Part shown: positions 24,304-35,226 of the stretch, one piece after another | How positions within the stretch are numbered: the stretch's first letter is position 1 | How the letters are laid out: the number at the start of each line of letters is the position of its first letter | Source: Azolla caroliniana | Lineage: Eukaryota; Plantae; Polypodiophyta | Assembly: GCA_043228905.1 (NCBI GenBank) | Contig: JBHGNT010000007.1 | Span: 21,514,001-21,578,000, forward strand | Direction of reading: 5' to 3' | Length of the DNA: 64,000 nt | Notes under the pieces: model-generated | The model's database searches: none | What the model was told of the DNA's origin: nothing | What the model saw: only the letters and a program-made list of their open reading frames with translations | Made by a program: the position numbers and the translations under genes

Positions 24304-25093
24304 TCCTAAAGTGATTGTAAAAAGCACCATGTAATTTGCAAATAACAAAAGCATAATGGCTACATTCCCAATGACAAGTTTCTCAATGTCTTCTTCCTTT
24401 ACAAACTTGACAACTATATGTTCTAATTCATCAATGCACAGTCGAAATAGAGTTGGTGAGAGTGGGTATCCTTTTTTAACACCAATAGTGCTATTCAAAA
24501 AATCTGAAATTCTATCGCCGATATGCACACAATATATAACCTTCTTATAGATTTGGCAAATTGCAAGCATATATTCACTTGGCATCTCGAATTTATGAGA
24601 AGTTTATATGTAGTGTACATATGGTTGTCACAGACACACCAAAGACAGACTATGAAGGAGCACGGATGACAAGGCTACGAGGAACTTAAGAAGCTAGGAA
24701 CGACATAAGAGAATGAAGACAGAGATGAAGAAGGAGAAAAGATGGAATGAAACGAGAATATTAGATTGATGTGTCAATGACTGGTGTTGAATCCCTTGAA
24801 AGGGACCAAGGAGGTTACAAGTATTTATACAAGTTCTGAGAATGAATATCTCTAGAATATACTCGAGAATTATCTTTAGAATATACCCGACAAATATCTC
24901 TCGAATATACCCGTCTAGAATACACCATAGAATATTTCTAGAATATACTAAAGGCTCTAGAATATTTTGGAATATATTATATGCTAGAATAATAATCCTA
25001 AACTATTATATATAAGTACATGCTCATATTCAGACGGTTCAGCATGACGTCTTGTAGATGTGAGGTTGTAGGTTCAATCCTCACCAACTATGT

Positions 25094-25875
25094 TGTCGTA
25101 AAATTGTTGCTTCAATATGTCAAAACAATGTCAACAATCTGTAGAAGTACATTTCTCATCTAGAGCTTATGACGAGGAGCATGTAGGAATTTTTGGTTCG
25201 GGAATCGGAGTTCAGAAGCCCAAGATACAAGCTTCAAAAGGATTAATGCAACTCGGGAAACAAATGTAATTATGTCAAAAGGGGGAGTCGAAATTAAATA
25301 AGGGCCATTTTTGTAATTTCTCAAATGTACAACTACAAAAACGAATCTGTAGAATTTATAAATAAAATAAATCGCCGCAAGGTGGCTGGGCGGTTGACCC
25401 CCCCTATAAAAGCCACTCCCATCGTGGCTAAAGAGGGGGGAAGGGAAAAGGGAGAGGAGGAGAAGAAGAGGAAGAAAAAACAAGTGAAGAAGCACAGGTG
25501 GGTGTGGGATACAGAGTTCGCCAAAGAAGATGGTGTATCTCAAATGGCTCTTCGTCAACAAAAGGTTGTGAGTTCGAATCCTCTCAAAACAACTTCTTTT
25601 GGTAAACAAATTTTGTAAGATTAATTGAGTATATATAAAGAGAACGAGAATAATTAGTAGAGAAAACAAAGAGGTTGAAGTGGTCTATCTCAAACATTTT
25701 TTCTCAGATAGAGGTTGTGAGTTTGAGTCTTGCCAAGTACGATGTTTTACAAATAAAATTCTTTTTGCGACAACGTTGCATCTATCTTGCCTTCTCGACA
25801 TCACACTATCCACACGATCATCCCTGAGTCACAAAACCCCGGTGGTTGAGACACACAACCACAATCTTTACTACA
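25094..25875. mobile_element. Solo LTR (782 bp) inserted in the left inverted LTR
   Basis: TGTCGTAAA...TTTACTACA termini. 4-bp TSD A(C/T)GT at 25090-25093 and 25876-25879. The empty site caact-acgt-atttg is visible in the homologous right arm. Internal TATAAAAG at ~25405. Confidence 0.75.
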
Positions 25876-26409
25876 ACGTATTTGATGTCACTGCGTCGTG
25901 ACAATATCCTCCCTTTTACGGTTGTCTTAACGGGCGTAAGGAACCATATCCTCAGCCCTTTATGGCACAATGACATCAAATACGTAGTTGGTGAGGATTG
26001 AACCTACAACCTAACATCAATAAGACGTTGTAGAAAGTAGCGTGCGGAAGCAAGTATGAAGACAGAACAGAGGAAGGAAACTCAGGTTCAATGGAGAGCT
26101 TAGGCTTACACGGTATACGCGGGAGAGACAGAGAGAGAAACACAAAAAACTATATTCAACAATAATACTCAATCTCTGTACATAAGACGTGCTCAGTGAA
26201 CACTTTTATACAAGCCCTAGAAGGACTGACCGAAGTACTGACAGTACTTCAATGCTCATCAAGAGCCCCTACACTAACTACCAAATATATTCCTCACGGA
26301 ATATCTTTCCTAACGACCTCCCGGTTTATGTACTCGGCCTAACCGATCGGTCCCAACCGATCCAGTCCTCGGCTTCTTCAGCCGATCCGGCCGATGTTGA
26401 GCTTGTCTC

Positions 26410-28834
26410 TCAACACTCCCCCTCAAGCTCAACTTGAGGCTCTTCGGGATCTTCACAGCACCGGTTCCTCCTGGCTTCTCGCCTCGCTCGCGCTCCTCGA
26501 CCTGTTCGACTCCACGCGCTTCGACCCTTCCGGTCGGCTTGTCTGCTCATGTGGCCCTCATCAGCTCTTCTGTTGTTGCGGTGTTGACGCTTCTTCTGCT
26601 GCCTTTTCTTCCGCTTGGACCTCGGCTGATTCAGCGTGTCTGAATCAAACATCCGAACCGACTCGGCTACCTCCGATCGGTTTTCGCTCTCGTCCGAGTT
26701 GGCTGTCTCCAACTCGTCTTCGGTCTTCTCGCCCTCGATGGCGTCATCTTCCCCATGCGTGGTTGGCTTCGGCTCTCTCCTTAGGTTGCTTCCCTTCTGT
26801 CCTCTTCCGAACTTTTCCGCGGGTCCGCCCTCGGCTTCTTCAGCCGATCTGTCTTTAACCGAGTCAACAACCGAGTCAACAGACTCGGTGTCATGGTCAC
26901 CTCTCTTTCCCTGCTGCCTTGCTTGGTCGTTCGGGACTGTTCTCCCCCTCAAGTTTGGCATGTCGAGGTGACGCAACCCGAGCGCACCTGAGAATTGCCG
27001 CAACTTGTCTAGACCAAGAGGCTTTGTGAAGATGTCGGCAGTCTGCCGATCCGTCGGAACGTACTGAAGTTCGACTTCACCAGAAAGGACACGCTCACGG
27101 ACGAAATGGTAATGCACCTCAATGTGCTTGGTCCGTGCGTGAAAGACGGGGTTCTTCGTGAGTTGGATGCTGCTGAGGTTGTCGCAGTAGATCGTCGTTG
27201 GATCGGACACCTCCTCTTGCAGGTCCTTAAGTAATCGCTTCAACCATATGGCTTCGCATGTCGCAACAGCCGCTCCTCGGTACTCAGCTTCGGTGCTCGA
27301 CAGTGCAACTGTCGGCTGCTTCTTACTGCTCCACGCGATCGCGGCACTGCCGAGGGAGAACGCGTATCCAGACGTGGATCGGCGATCGGCGGCGTTGCCA
27401 GCCCAATCAGCATCGGTGTAGCCGACTAACTGCGTGGCTGCACCGGTCCGATATAGCAGTCCTCGGTCCTTAGTGTCGTTGACATACCGAAGTATGCGTT
27501 GCGCACACTGAAGGTGCTCCTCGGTAGGTCGCGCCATGAACTGACTGATCACCCCGACCGGATAACTGAGGTCGGGTCGGGTGATGGTCAAGTATATAAG
27601 GCTTCCGACAATTTGTCAGAACCTCGTCGGGTCGCATACCTTTCCCGTATCGGGACGAATCTTGACGGTTCTGTCCAGAGGAGTCGAGATGGACTTACAG
27701 TCAGCCATCCCGAGTTTGAAGAGCATACTCGGCACGTAATGACGTTGGCTGATCAATATGCCTTCGGGGGTACAGATCACTTCGATCCCGAGGAAGTAAT
27801 GAAGGTCCCCCAGATCCTTCATGTCGAACGATGCCGCAAGCTGGAGCTTCACGCGGTCGATTTCACAGAGGTCGGCGCCGGTGATGACCAAGTCATCAAC
27901 ATATAGTAATATACTAACCGGTCCGAGTCGACCTTTCCGAATGAACAGGGAAGAGTCCGATTTTGACGTGACGAAGCCCATCCGACGCAATTGTTGCGTG
28001 ATCTTCGCGTTCCAGGCACGCGGGGCTTGCTTCAGTCCGTAAAGGGACTTCTTCAGTCGGCATACTGCCGAGGAGTTCGTTCCGGAGTGAAATCCAGGGG
28101 GTTGTACCATGTACACTTGTTCCTCAAGGTCACCTTGCAGGAACGCATTCTTTACATCCATTTGATGTAAGTGCCACCCCTTGGCCGCGGCTACTGCGAG
28201 CAAAACACGAACGGTCGTCATTTTTGCGACCGGCGCAAACGTCTCATCATAGTTGATGCCGTGTTTCTGCGCGTAGCCCTTTGCCACTAGCCGAGCCTTG
28301 TACCGGTTGACCGAGCCATCGGTGTTGTACTTGACTTTGTACACCCATCTACACCCGATCGGCTTCACACCCTTCGGTGCGTCAACCAGGTCCCAGGTCT
28401 CGTTCTCCGCCAATGCGTGCATCTCTTCCTCCATCGCGGCACGCCAATTCGCGTCTTTAGCCGCTTCTGCGTAGCTCTCCGGCTCACGCACTTCCGCTAC
28501 ATGAGTCATGTACGCATAATGATGCGCCATGTACTCGTTGTATCCGAACCGCACAACTGGGTTCTTCTGGCGGGTAGATCGGCGTAATCTCACATTAGCC
28601 GATGTCGAGGCCTTCTCGGTCGACGCGGTCTTCACCTTTAAAGACCCGTCACCGGTTCCCTCGGAGTCGGACTCGCGTCGGTCTGACTCGTTCCTTTCCG
28701 TGCCGGAATCCGACACTTTCTTCTTCCCTTTCTCTTTGCACGTAAGTCGTCTCCTCGGCTTCTTGCGTGGGGAATGCACGGCCGAGTCTCCACTACTCGC
28801 CGGCTCTTCATCGGACTGGTCGTACCGACTCAGT
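26410..28834 (-). pseudogene. Copia RT and RNase H plus a ~175-aa C-terminal extension
   Basis: KARLVAKGY, QMDVKNAFLQG, LYVDDLVI, YTDADWAG, VALSSTEAEY and ADIFTKPL. One premature TGA at ~27616. The ORF continues to a TGA inside the LTR terminus. Confidence 0.92.
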
Positions 28835-29304
28835 TGTTACCGGCCGGCAAGGAGTCCAAAATACGGAGTGAAGGAATTAATTAGATATGGTTGTAAATGA
28901 GCATAGTGTGGACGGACGGACTGGAAACGGTATGCCGTTCCAGATCCGGACGGATCCCGAATAGGTGCGAGAGGCACCGTTTTGTACTACGGGCCGGAAA
29001 CCTATTTAAAGGCCCGGACCCCATTGTAATCGCAGCGGATAATTAATAGAGCTTATGTTGTTTATACTTCTGTCTTGATTTCCGTTCTGTAATTACTGTT
29101 ATATCTTACGCGTGTAATTAACCGAAGCATTCTAATCGTGTAACCTATGTAAGTCGGTGTAATCGTTGAATCTTAATCCTATGCCGTAATCACCCTTTGG
29201 TGAAGTGTCTCCGTGACACCTTGTGTTAGGCCTTGTCCGGCTAGAGAATAACACAGTTTTGGCGACCACGATTCCTGCTTTCTCGCAGCGAACGACGGTA
29301 ATGG

Positions 29305-30876
29305 ATGACTAGACCAACGCACGACTTGGTTACAGACCGAGCTCGACGCCTCGCCGAACGGCAAAGACGGCGTGAGACTTTCCAGCAAGCAGCGCAGGAA
29401 ATTCGCTCGGATCGTTCGTTCTCCAACGAGATCCGGAGAGTCGCGGAGGAATCTCTCCGGTTACGGCAAACTCGCGACCAGGACGACGGAAGCAGTCTAA
29501 GTAGTCTCCGGGAAACCGAACGCCTCCTGGAGGCGCTGGCAAGCGGAGAAAACGAGGCAGAAGCCTTTTCAGCCTACGAATCGGATTCCGAAGGGGGATA
29601 CAGCGTGCACACGAACTACCGGAGCAGCAACGATACCCCCGGCGGCCCGGAAGACGACGGGTCGGATACCGTGCCGACTCCAGAACCGGAACCGCTCAAC
29701 CAGGGCTATCCGGAACCGCAAACGGAAGCCGTCAACCCACCAACACCGGAAGTGGAAGAAGCAAAGCCACCAACACCAACGAAAGAGCCGGCAAAGGTAC
29801 CGGAAGAAGAGCCGGAAAAAGAACCGGAAAAAGCACCGGCAAAAGAACCGAAAAAAGAACCGGAAAGATATCAACAAACGCCACTAAACCGCGGCCTAAT
29901 ACTGGACGACGACATGCCGTTCCAATACTCAAAGTATCGCGATGACCCGGATGCGGAAGCGCATGTTCATGACTTCGAGCAGACATGGGAAGCAAATCAC
30001 ACGTCCCAGCGAATGACACCGGAGGAAGAAGAACGCTCGAAGATAGCGGAATTCGGAGTCACGTTGGAGGGACCGGCGACACGATGGCGGCGCACGCAGG
30101 ACCCGGCGACCATCACAACCTTTGCAGAATTAAAAGCAAAATTCTTGCATTTTTTCCACAAGGAGGTCGACCAGACGACAATGGTGGGCCTGTTTTATAC
30201 GATCCGGCAGGAGGCAGGGGAAAGCATTCCCCAATTCATCATCCGTTTCCAACGAATGCATAGCCAGCTTGCCCGTGCACCCCCGGAGGAGGAATTACGG
30301 ACGATATTTTTAAACGCACTCCGGGAACCGTTACGCACGGTGTGTACGGTAATCGACTTTCGAGGATGCACCATCGACCAGGTCATTGACCGGGTCAGAG
30401 AAATGGAAAAGACAAGCTCATGGCTTACGCTGGGAACACTGCAACGGGCGTTACCCACCGAGGAAGATCTCCGGTTCCGGCAGGCAATTCAATGCACAAT
30501 CTGCTTGAATGCCGGACACTCGGCAGTAGAGTGCACCATGCGCACTCAGTGTGTGATTTGTCAATCCAAGAGTCATACAACGGACCGGTGCGAGTACAAC
30601 CTGTTAAATCGACAAGCACCACCCGTCCGACGGATCGAGCCAAGAAGCAGCCGAGACGAAGATGACGATCGTTGGCAAAGAATGAACCGGTACCCACCGG
30701 CACAGGATGTCCGGTACGGGGACAGGCAAGAGAATGATGGCCGGTACGGGAATCGGCGGGATAACTACGACCGGTATGAGCGATCGGACCGTTATCGGGA
30801 GCCCAACAGACGACACGAGCAATACGACAGAGACCATTCCCCGGGTTACCGAAGGCACCAGGAGGACTACGGCTGA
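29305..30876 (+). CDS. Gypsy Gag (retrotransposon gag domain plus 2 CCHC zinc knuckles)
   Basis: TLEGPATRW...TFAELKAKFLHFF...IRQEAGESIPQFIIRF; knuckles CTICLNAGHSAVEC and CVICQSKSHTTDRC. Ends at a TGA that is in frame with pol. Confidence 0.9.
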   Translation: MTRPTHDLVTDRARRLAERQRRRETFQQAAQEIRSDRSFSNEIRRVAEESLRLRQTRDQDDGSSLSSLRETERLLEALASGENEAEAFSAYESDSEGGYSVHTNYRSSNDTPGGPEDDGSDTVPTPEPEPLNQGYPEPQTEAVNPPTPEVEEAKPPTPTKEPAKVPEEEPEKEPEKAPAKEPKKEPERYQQTPLNRGLILDDDMPFQYSKYRDDPDAEAHVHDFEQTWEANHTSQRMTPEEEERSKIAEFGVTLEGPATRWRRTQDPATITTFAELKAKFLHFFHKEVDQTTMVGLFYTIRQEAGESIPQFIIRFQRMHSQLARAPPEEELRTIFLNALREPLRTVCTVIDFRGCTIDQVIDRVREMEKTSSWLTLGTLQRALPTEEDLRFRQAIQCTICLNAGHSAVECTMRTQCVICQSKSHTTDRCEYNLLNRQAPPVRRIEPRSSRDEDDDRWQRMNRYPPAQDVRYGDRQENDGRYGNRRDNYDRYERSDRYREPNRRHEQYDRDHSPGYRRHQEDYG

Positions 30877-33800
30877 TTTTACGATCTACCACGACCGGAC
30901 TACCGAAATAAAAATAAGAATAATAAGAAACGTAATTTCAAGAAAGGTGGTCACACTAGGGACCCGGAACAGGGAACCCCAAGGAGCCAACCGGCACAGA
31001 ACGCACCACTCACTACGGGACCGACTCCGGCTACCAGCAATGCTGAATCCAGCAATACCCGTAAAGAGTACTGCTACTACTGCAGGCAGGAAGGCCACTA
31101 CAGTAACCAGTGCCCGGTAAAGAGCTACGAGAAACGACCAGCAGTTAATATGGTGGTTCCGGAAGTGGCGGATTTACAGCAAGTAACCACACGATCGAAA
31201 GGCATGGCCAAAGAATGGGAAACACAAGAGGCCATACGAAAACAGGCGACGGAATGGGTGAAGGAAGCCAATGAAAGGAACGTCGCGGACGCGGAACGGC
31301 AAAAGGCGAATACCATAGGGAGTGCCGGCGGTAGCCACCCAGAAAACGAGACATGGCAAGCACTGCAAGAATGTCAGATCACGTTACCATTAGGAAGACT
31401 CTTGCAGCTCGTGCCGCGATTCACAGAAGGACTAAAAACGGTCATGACAGACGGTATAGCCCCACCGGCACCAGTCCTCTTCTCAAATCCGGAGGAGGGA
31501 CCGACGGTGGTGGACGCTAGTAGTCCGGCGATTACAGCTATTGTCAAAGGGCACGAACTTCCCGGCACCGTAATCGATGGAGGTTCCGGGGTGAACGTAA
31601 TAAGCCTCCGTACGTGTGATGCCTTGGGAATACATGAATGGGAGCCATGCCCGTTCTGGCTACGGATGGCGGATACGAGCTTTGTACGGCCGACGGGCTT
31701 AATACGGAAATTGGAAGTCACCATAGGAGGCCACACATTTCACATCTCGGCTGTCGTGCTGCAGCTACAGGCGCAAGGCGCGTACCCACTATTGCTGGGC
31801 AGACCATGGTTGAAAACAGCACACATCAAGCAAAATTGGCGAAAAAATATGATTACCTTCCGGCGCGGAAAAGCCAAGGTCCGGGTACCGACACAACCAC
31901 GGACGAGCAACGGTAAGGAATGCACACCGCTGTATGCGGAATGTGTGAACATGCTTGAAGGATTGGCAGACGACGAAGAAGCCCAGTACTTGGAGGAACA
32001 CCCGAAGATCGTACCACTCTTCGAGATTGACGTAGCTGAAGCCGTAGCCGCATACTTGCCGCAGCGGGACGACACCAAAGCCGAACCAGACAAAGATGCG
32101 ATTCGGGAATTACGGCAAGCACAGGAAGCGTTGGAACGGGAAATGGCCGTTTCCCAACGGGTAAAAGCATCCCAGCTCAACGAAGTGAACCTAGGAAGCA
32201 AGGACGAATCAAAGCCGGTACACATCGCCAAAGAAATGAAGCCGGAAGATAAAGCGGCGATGATCAAACTTCTCACGGAGTTTCGCGACGTATTCGCCTG
32301 GTCATACGAAGACATGCGAGGGCTGGACCCTCAATTATATCAGCATCAGATCCACTTAGGCAAGGACGCGAAACCAGTGGCGCAAAGACGATACCGAATG
32401 AACCCCAACTACGCCGCCAAAGTGAAGGAGGAAATCGACAAACTCCTAAGAGTGGGCTTCATCCGGCCGGTAAAGAAAGCGACGTGGCTGAGCCCCATCG
32501 TCGTCGTCCCAAAGAAGAACGGTAAAATCCGTGTGTGTGTAGATTACAGGAAACTAAATGCCGCCACAATTACGGATGCATTCCCTCTTCCGTTCACGGA
32601 TGGAGTACTGGATGCCGTCGCCGGCCATGACGGTTATAGCTTTTTAGACGGCTTCAGCGGATACAATCAAATCCGGATGCACCCCGACGACCAGGAGAAG
32701 ACAGCGTTCGTCACCGAATGGGGGGTGTTTGTGGCCGAAGTCATGATGTTCGGCCTAAGAACGGCACCAGCAACTTTCCAGCGAATCATCATGGAGATCT
32801 TCGGCGAATACATTCCTGCCTTCATGCAAGTTTTCCTGGATGATTTTGCAGTCTATAGCCGGGGAAAAGACCATTTGCAGCACCTACGGTTATGCCTTGA
32901 AAAGTGTAGGTTATACCGGCTAAGCTTAAACCCAGCAAAATGCATCTTTGGGGTTTCAAGTGGAATATTGCTGGGACACATTGTAAGTAAGGAGGGCATT
33001 GCGGTCGACCCGGACAAAGTAAACGCCATACTAGGGGCACCGGCGCCAAAAACGGCCAAAGCACTAAGCCGATTCTTAGGACAGATCCGGTGGCACAGCC
33101 GGATGCTCCGTCACTTGGCTGACTTGGCTACACCATTACACACCGCGGTACATCGGACACCGTTCCAATGGACGGATACGGAGGATAAGGCATACAATGC
33201 CCTGAAGGTACTTTTATCGCAAGCACCCGTCGTGCAGCCTCCGGATTGGAGCAAGGAATTTCATGTGTTCGTGGACGCTTCCGACATCGCTATTGGCAGC
33301 GCCTTAATGCAACTTACGGAGCCTAAATGGTACCGGCCGGTATATTACGCCAGCCGGAAGCTGTCCCAAGCGGAGAAGAACTATTCAACGACGGAACGGG
33401 AGGCCCTGGGCATGATCTACAGTGTAACAAAGTTTCGTCACTACCTATTGGGAAGGAAGTTCTCCTTCCATGTGGATCACTCGGCGCTCCTCTACTTAGT
33501 TTCCAAGGCGTCCTTGACCGGTAAGTTGGCCCGTTGGACCTTGCTGTTGCAGGAGTTCGAATTCGAGATTTTCCACCGGCCCGGTATCCAGCATGCCGTA
33601 GCAGACTACCTGAGCCGGTTAGAGTCCGGAGAACCAGGCGACGGAGTAGCGGATGAATTCCCGGACGCGGAGTTATTCCGTATCACCCCGGAAACGGCAG
33701 CGGACGACACGGTGGCATCAGAAGATAAATGGCTGACAAACATGCACCAGTTCCTAAGCACGGGCCTGCCACCGGAGGAAATGAACCGGGACGAGAGGAA

Positions 33801-35145
33801 ACGACTGGCGGTGCAGAGCCGCAATTTCTGTCTGTTACGGGACACTCTCTACCACAAAGGAGCAGATGGAATATGGAGACGGGCAGTCCGTAGTGACGAG
33901 AAAGAAGTAATCTTACGGGAAGCACACTGTGGGGTTGCCGGAGGACACTATGCCGGGGAAGCGACGGCGAGGAAAGTATGGCAGAGCGGCTTATGGTGGC
34001 CCACGACGTTAAAAGACGCCGTCAAGTATGCTAAGGAATGTGACCTATGCCAACGAATGGGCCAGCCTACGGAGCAAGCACGGATGCCACACCAACCGGT
34101 ACTTCCACTAGAGCCATTCCAAAAGTGGGGGTTGGATTTTGTCGGACCGTTCAAGCCACCGGCAATGAGAACAGGTAATCGTTATGTCATCGTGGCAACG
34201 GATTATTGCACGAAATGGGTGGAAGCTAAGGCCCTGAGAGACAACACCGCGTCATCCACAGCAAAATTCCTGTACGAAAACATTTGGTGCCGGTATGGAT
34301 GTCTGATTGAATTAATCAGCGACCAAGGAGGCCACTTCCTTGGCCAGGTAGTGGAAAGCTTAACAACGTTCTATGCCGTGGTCCATAAACGAAGCACACC
34401 GTACTACCCACAGGCGAACGGATTAGCAGAGTCCACCAACAAAACGCTGCAGAACATTCTCCGCAAAATTGTCAATGAAAACCGGACGGACTGGGACACA
34501 AAGCTCCATAGTGCGCTATGGGCGTACAGAACGGCATACAAAACAAGTATCCGGACAACGCCGTTCCGGTTAGCATTCGGCTTAGAAGCGGTCATGCCGG
34601 TGGAATTTCAGGTACCAAGCTTACGGATCCAACTACGGGAACGGCTGAATGAAAAGAAGTCGGAGGAAATGCGGCTAGCAGCACTATGCGAACTGGAGGA
34701 GCAACGGCTGGCCAGCATCCTACACATGGAACTGGAGCAACGACGACGGAAAGCGTTCGTTGACCGTCACCGAAAAGGTAATGAGAAGATGTTCGAAATC
34801 GGAAAGCCAGTGCTAGTATTCCAAACGAGGATGGGCAAGATGCCGGGTAAACTCCGGTTCAGATGGACAGGCCCGTATTGGCTGACACGGGAATACAACG
34901 GGTCCTATCAGATAGGGACACTTGCCGGTGAAGTACTAGGCAAGTGGGTAAACGGATTTCGACTAAAACCCTATAAAGGACCGATGCCAAAGAACCCGTT
35001 TATGCAGCTCACCGGCACTACACCGGGATCGGTACGTATCGGTCCGGAAGAAAAAGACGACGGGGAACCAGTAGCAGAGGCGAAGGAAGACACGGCAACC
35101 CGTAAGGAAAACGGTAAGGGTCCGAGGGGACCTACGGATGTGTAA
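30877..35145 (+). CDS. Gypsy Pol (third CCHC knuckle, protease, RT, RNase H, integrase); open from just after the gag TGA, first ATG at 31150
   Basis: CYYCRQEGHYSNQC. PR VIDGGSGVNVI. RT RVCVDYRKLN, FLDGFSGYNQI, VFLDDF. RH DASD..YYASRKL..NYSTTERE..DHSAL. INT H..GGHY..C..C, KWGLDFVGP, YYPQANGLAE. No chromodomain. Confidence 0.95.
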   Translation, partial: FYDLPRPDYRNKNKNNKKRNFKKGGHTRDPEQGTPRSQPAQNAPLTTGPTPATSNAESSNTRKEYCYYCRQEGHYSNQCPVKSYEKRPAVNMVVPEVADLQQVTTRSKGMAKEWETQEAIRKQATEWVKEANERNVADAERQKANTIGSAGGSHPENETWQALQECQITLPLGRLLQLVPRFTEGLKTVMTDGIAPPAPVLFSNPEEGPTVVDASSPAITAIVKGHELPGTVIDGGSGVNVISLRTCDALGIHEWEPCPFWLRMADTSFVRPTGLIRKLEVTIGGHTFHISAVVLQLQAQGAYPLLLGRPWLKTAHIKQNWRKNMITFRRGKAKVRVPTQPRTSNGKECTPLYAECVNMLEGLADDEEAQYLEEHPKIVPLFEIDVAEAVAAYLPQRDDTKAEPDKDAIRELRQAQEALEREMAVSQRVKASQLNEVNLGSKDESKPVHIAKEMKPEDKAAMIKLLTEFRDVFAWSYEDMRGLDPQLYQHQIHLGKDAKPVAQRRYRMNPNYAAKVKEEIDKLLRVGFIRPVKKATWLSPIVVVPKKNGKIRVCVDYRKLNAATITDAFPLPFTDGVLDAVAGHDGYSFLDGFSGYNQIRMHPDDQEKTAFVTEWGVFVAEVMMFGLRTAPATFQRIIMEIFGEYIPAFMQVFLDDFAVYSRGKDHLQHLRLCLEKCRLYRLSLNPAKCIFGVSSGILLGHIVSKEGIAVDPDKVNAILGAPAPKTAKALSRFLGQIRWHSRMLRHLADLATPLHTAVHRTPFQWTDTEDKAYNALKVLLSQAPVVQPPDWSKEFHVFVDASDIAIGSALMQLTEPKWYRPVYYASRKLSQAEKNYSTTEREALGMIYSVTKFRHYLLGRKFSFHVDHSALLYLVSKASLTGKLARWTLLLQEFEFEIFHRPGIQHAVADYLSRLESGEPGDGVADEFPDAELFRITPETAADDTVASEDKWLTNMHQFLSTGLPPEEMNRDERKRLAVQSRNFCLLRDTLYHKGADGIWRRAVRSDEKEVILREAHCGVAGGHYAGEATARKVWQSGLWWPTTLKDAVKYAKECDLCQRMGQPTEQARMPHQPVLPLEPFQKWGLDFVGPFKPPAMRTGNRYVIVATDYCTKWVEAKALRDNTASSTAKFLYENIWCRYGCLIELISDQGGHFLGQVVESLTTFYAVVHKRSTPYYPQANGLAESTNKTLQNILRKIVNENRTDWDTKLHSALWAYRTAYKTSIRTTPFRLAFGLEAVMPVEFQVPSLRIQLRERLNEKKSEEMRLAALCELEEQRLASILHMELEQRRRKAFVDRHRKGNEKMFEIGKPVLVFQTRMGKMPGKLRFRWTGPYWLTREYNGSYQIGTLAGEVLGKWVNGFRLKPYKGPMPKNPFMQLTGTTPGSVRIGPEEKDDGEPVAEAKEDTATRKENGKGPRGPTDV

Positions 35146-35226
35146 GGTCACACACCGTCATTAAAAAATAAAAAATAAAAAAAAATAAAAAAATAAAAAT
35201 CATTAAAAATCGAGGTATGAACGGGT

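Larger units (their letters stand above)
23046..24620 (-). mobile_element. Old non-L1 (RTE/RTEX-like) LINE, RT part, interrupted by a MITE
   Basis: GVKKGYPLSPTLFRLCIDEL...LLFAN (degenerate QG.PLSP / YADD) at 24301-24585. It continues past the MITE TSD with a degenerate FKYLG-like thumb motif near 23110-23140. Confidence 0.7.

Noticed and set aside
25089-25880. Tc1/mariner-like insert with TA TSD and a TACGTA excision footprint in the other arm
   Set aside because: A TG..CA solo LTR with a 4-bp ACGT TSD explains both the filled and empty sites more simply.
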